Part shown: piece by piece, positions 61,998-64,000 of the stretch
Position numbering within the stretch: the stretch's first letter is position 1
Layout of the letters: the number at the start of each line of letters is the position of its first letter
From: Felis catus
Lineage: Eukaryota
Assembly: GCF_018350175.1 (NCBI RefSeq)
Contig: NC_058368.1
Span: forward strand, 118,608,001 to 118,672,000
Length of the DNA: 64,000 nt
Direction: 5' to 3'
Position numbers and translations under genes: made by a program
The notes under the pieces: model-generated
Databases searched by the model: none
What the model saw: the letters and a program-made list of their open reading frames with translations, nothing else
Told to the model about the DNA's origin: nothing

Positions 61998-64000
61998 GCC
62001 TGCCTATCTGCTAATCCTGAAAGAGAGGCTCGATACTGGACGATCACATAAATAAATGAACAAGCAGAAATGGGCTGGGAGAATTATTTCCCTGACCAGC
62101 TCTGTGTTTCTCCTGAAATATTTATTATTTCTGATAAATTGGAGGTCCCTGGAAGAAGTGGAAAGAAGTGCTTCTGGGCCTGTTTATGTGTATGGGCTGG
62201 GGGAGGGGGGGGAGTGTATTTTTTTTAAGACTAAGAATGGGATTCTCAAAGGACCTTCTCTAGCTATTTTTGGCAGAGTGTAAGGAAAGTTCATTTAAAG
62301 TGACACTGCAAAGAGGACAACCACATACTTGAAAGCAAACAGGCAACTTAGCACTTTAAATTAATGGAAGCGTAGGAAAAAAATCAGAGCTCTATCCTCA
62401 CTCAGCCTCGCTGCCAGACCTTCACTTACTTTCAACTCAAAGGTGTCTCTGTTCTGTGACCTTCCAGGCTTTAGGGTTAGGACAAGGCAAGACACAAGTT
62501 TAGTTGAAATTTTTGCTCTGAAAAAAAAAAACAAAACAAAACAGCGACATTTCTGAATTCAAGGAACTAAATCTTTCACGTCATAAGAAACGCCCATTCT
62601 GCAAGGGGAAATGCTTGGCTTCAAGCTGTTACTGCACGGCGTCTTGGAGCGCCTTTGATTTGGGTCTCCTGTTCGTACTGAGTTGTTCCACTTCTGTTGG
62701 GTTAATTTTTTCAATGACTTTCCTGTTCTTTGATGTACCTCTTCCTCTTCTGAACCCAGAGTCAGCCATGGAGCTCCCTCTCAAATTCCAGGAGGAGCAA
62801 AGAGAAGGATGCTATCTTTTTTCCCTTTCTTAGGGGCTGCTCCCATTTATTATGGGGTATCACAAAAGTGAGAGTGTTAACTAACAAGAACATGACTTAG
62901 TTTCTTCTTTGCCAACTTTTAGCAGAGCCAGCTGTCTGTCTTTTCCTTTTCCTTTCCTTTTTTTTTGTCTCTTGCATTTCTGAATTTGAGTCATCTTTCC
63001 TTTTTTCTCGATGCATCTAGCTAAAGGTTTGTCTCTTTGGTTTATCTTTTCAAGAAATCAGCTCTTAGTTCCCTTGATCTTTTGTGTTGTCTTTTTAGTC
63101 CCCCTTTCATTTATTTCTGCTCTGGTGAACCAGACTTCTGCATTAGCCCCAGGATTGGTTTCGTTAAATTCTCTTTGTGGCTGAGCAGCAGTGATTGCCT
63201 GACTCACATTGTTTGGGGCGCTGATGCCCTCTCTTGTTGTGTCCTCTTTGCATCAAATGGTAAGCGTTATCTGTAATACTTATTTTCTTACACTGACGGG
63301 TTTCCTAACCAGTTCTAAACAACTGTTGTGGCTCAAACCTGGCAGCTGCCACGAGGCAGTCGGTGTTCATCAGTGAAAGCACAGTGACTAAGAGGCCATT
63401 TCTGGGCCCAGACAACCAGGTCTTGCTCTTGTCCCTTCTGTAACCTTACGTGAATTGTTTCACTATGCCCGAGTTTCCTCTGAAAATGGAGATTGAATAA
63501 TAGTGTTAGGAACTTTTAAATTAGCACATCAGATCCTTTTGGCTTCTCCTGTGTGTACCTCAGCCAGCAGTGCAGTAACCAGTTGTGTAGGCTGCACCCT
63601 GCTTCATGCAGTTAGAGCTTGGTGGCTTGTCACCTCATGCCCATTCCATGTGCCTCCGGCCTCTTACCTCCCACCCCGAGGAGGCATGACACATAATGGC
63701 ATCTCTACCTGCACAACCTGGAAGCAGGGGGGCCCGAGGGTAAACCTTTGACTAATGGGAGGAGGGAGCTGGGCATTCAAAACAGTAATCCTTAGCCACT
63801 CGTGAGATGGTTCCAAGAGACAGAGCAAGTGCTGGGGCTTGGACCAGCCAGTGGCTGGCTTCTCTGGTTCATTCCTCCTGAGAACCGCCTAGTAAAGTAT
63901 ATAGAGGTAAACTATAAAAGCCTTCAGCTATTTTACTCTTCTTTATGGGAAGCCTAGAGACAGCAATAGCACCTGCCTTCTTAGGGTTGTTATGAAGATT

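Larger units (their letters stand above)
1..64000 (+). other. ARHGAP26: Internal segment of the ARHGAP26 transcription unit; no start, stop or promoter in the window
   Basis: Six collinear in-frame exons totalling 431 nt. The upstream BAR/PH exons and downstream GAP-end/SH3 exons were not found, so they lie outside the window. Confidence 0.9.

Noticed and set aside
54525..64000. Search for the next ARHGAP26 exon (expected to continue ...VANNHKQNLM...FGP)
   Set aside because: Not found by eye or in the ORF track; it presumably lies beyond the window in a long intron.

Overview
Mammalian genomic DNA, almost certainly felid, judging by the cat-type CAN-SINE (SINEC_Fc-like) and cat-type L1 3' ends. 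The whole window lies inside one large plus-strand gene, ARHGAP26 (GRAF1). Six short coding exons (37, 66, 75, 88, 59 and 106 nt; probably orthologues of human exons 12-17) have canonical AG/GT sites. They splice into one open frame, VYNSNKDSQSEG-TAQLDSIGFSIIRKCIHAVETR-GINEQGLYRIVGVNSRVQKLLSVLM-DPKTASEAETDICAEWEIKTITSALKTYL-RMLPGPLMMYQFQRSFIKAA-KLENQESRVSEIHSLVHRLPEKNRQMLQLLMNHLA. This is the PH-GAP linker plus most of a RhoGAP domain, including the arginine finger. The other ~99% is intron, with about 20 CAN-SINEs, L1/L2/MIR fragments, MaLR LTRs, hAT/Tigger relics and microsatellites. The other supplied ORFs are repeat-derived or chance ORFs. I found no evidence of a new gene or a new biological system. 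The best second-look items are local: an L1 insertion with a probable 17-nt 3' transduction, two different SINEs inserted at one target site, a young SINE dimer next to a 37-nt exon, a 580-nt pure pyrimidine tract, small tandem duplications and cryptic splice sites. Repeat family names were assigned by eye from remembered consensus sequences and should be confirmed with RepeatMasker/Dfam.
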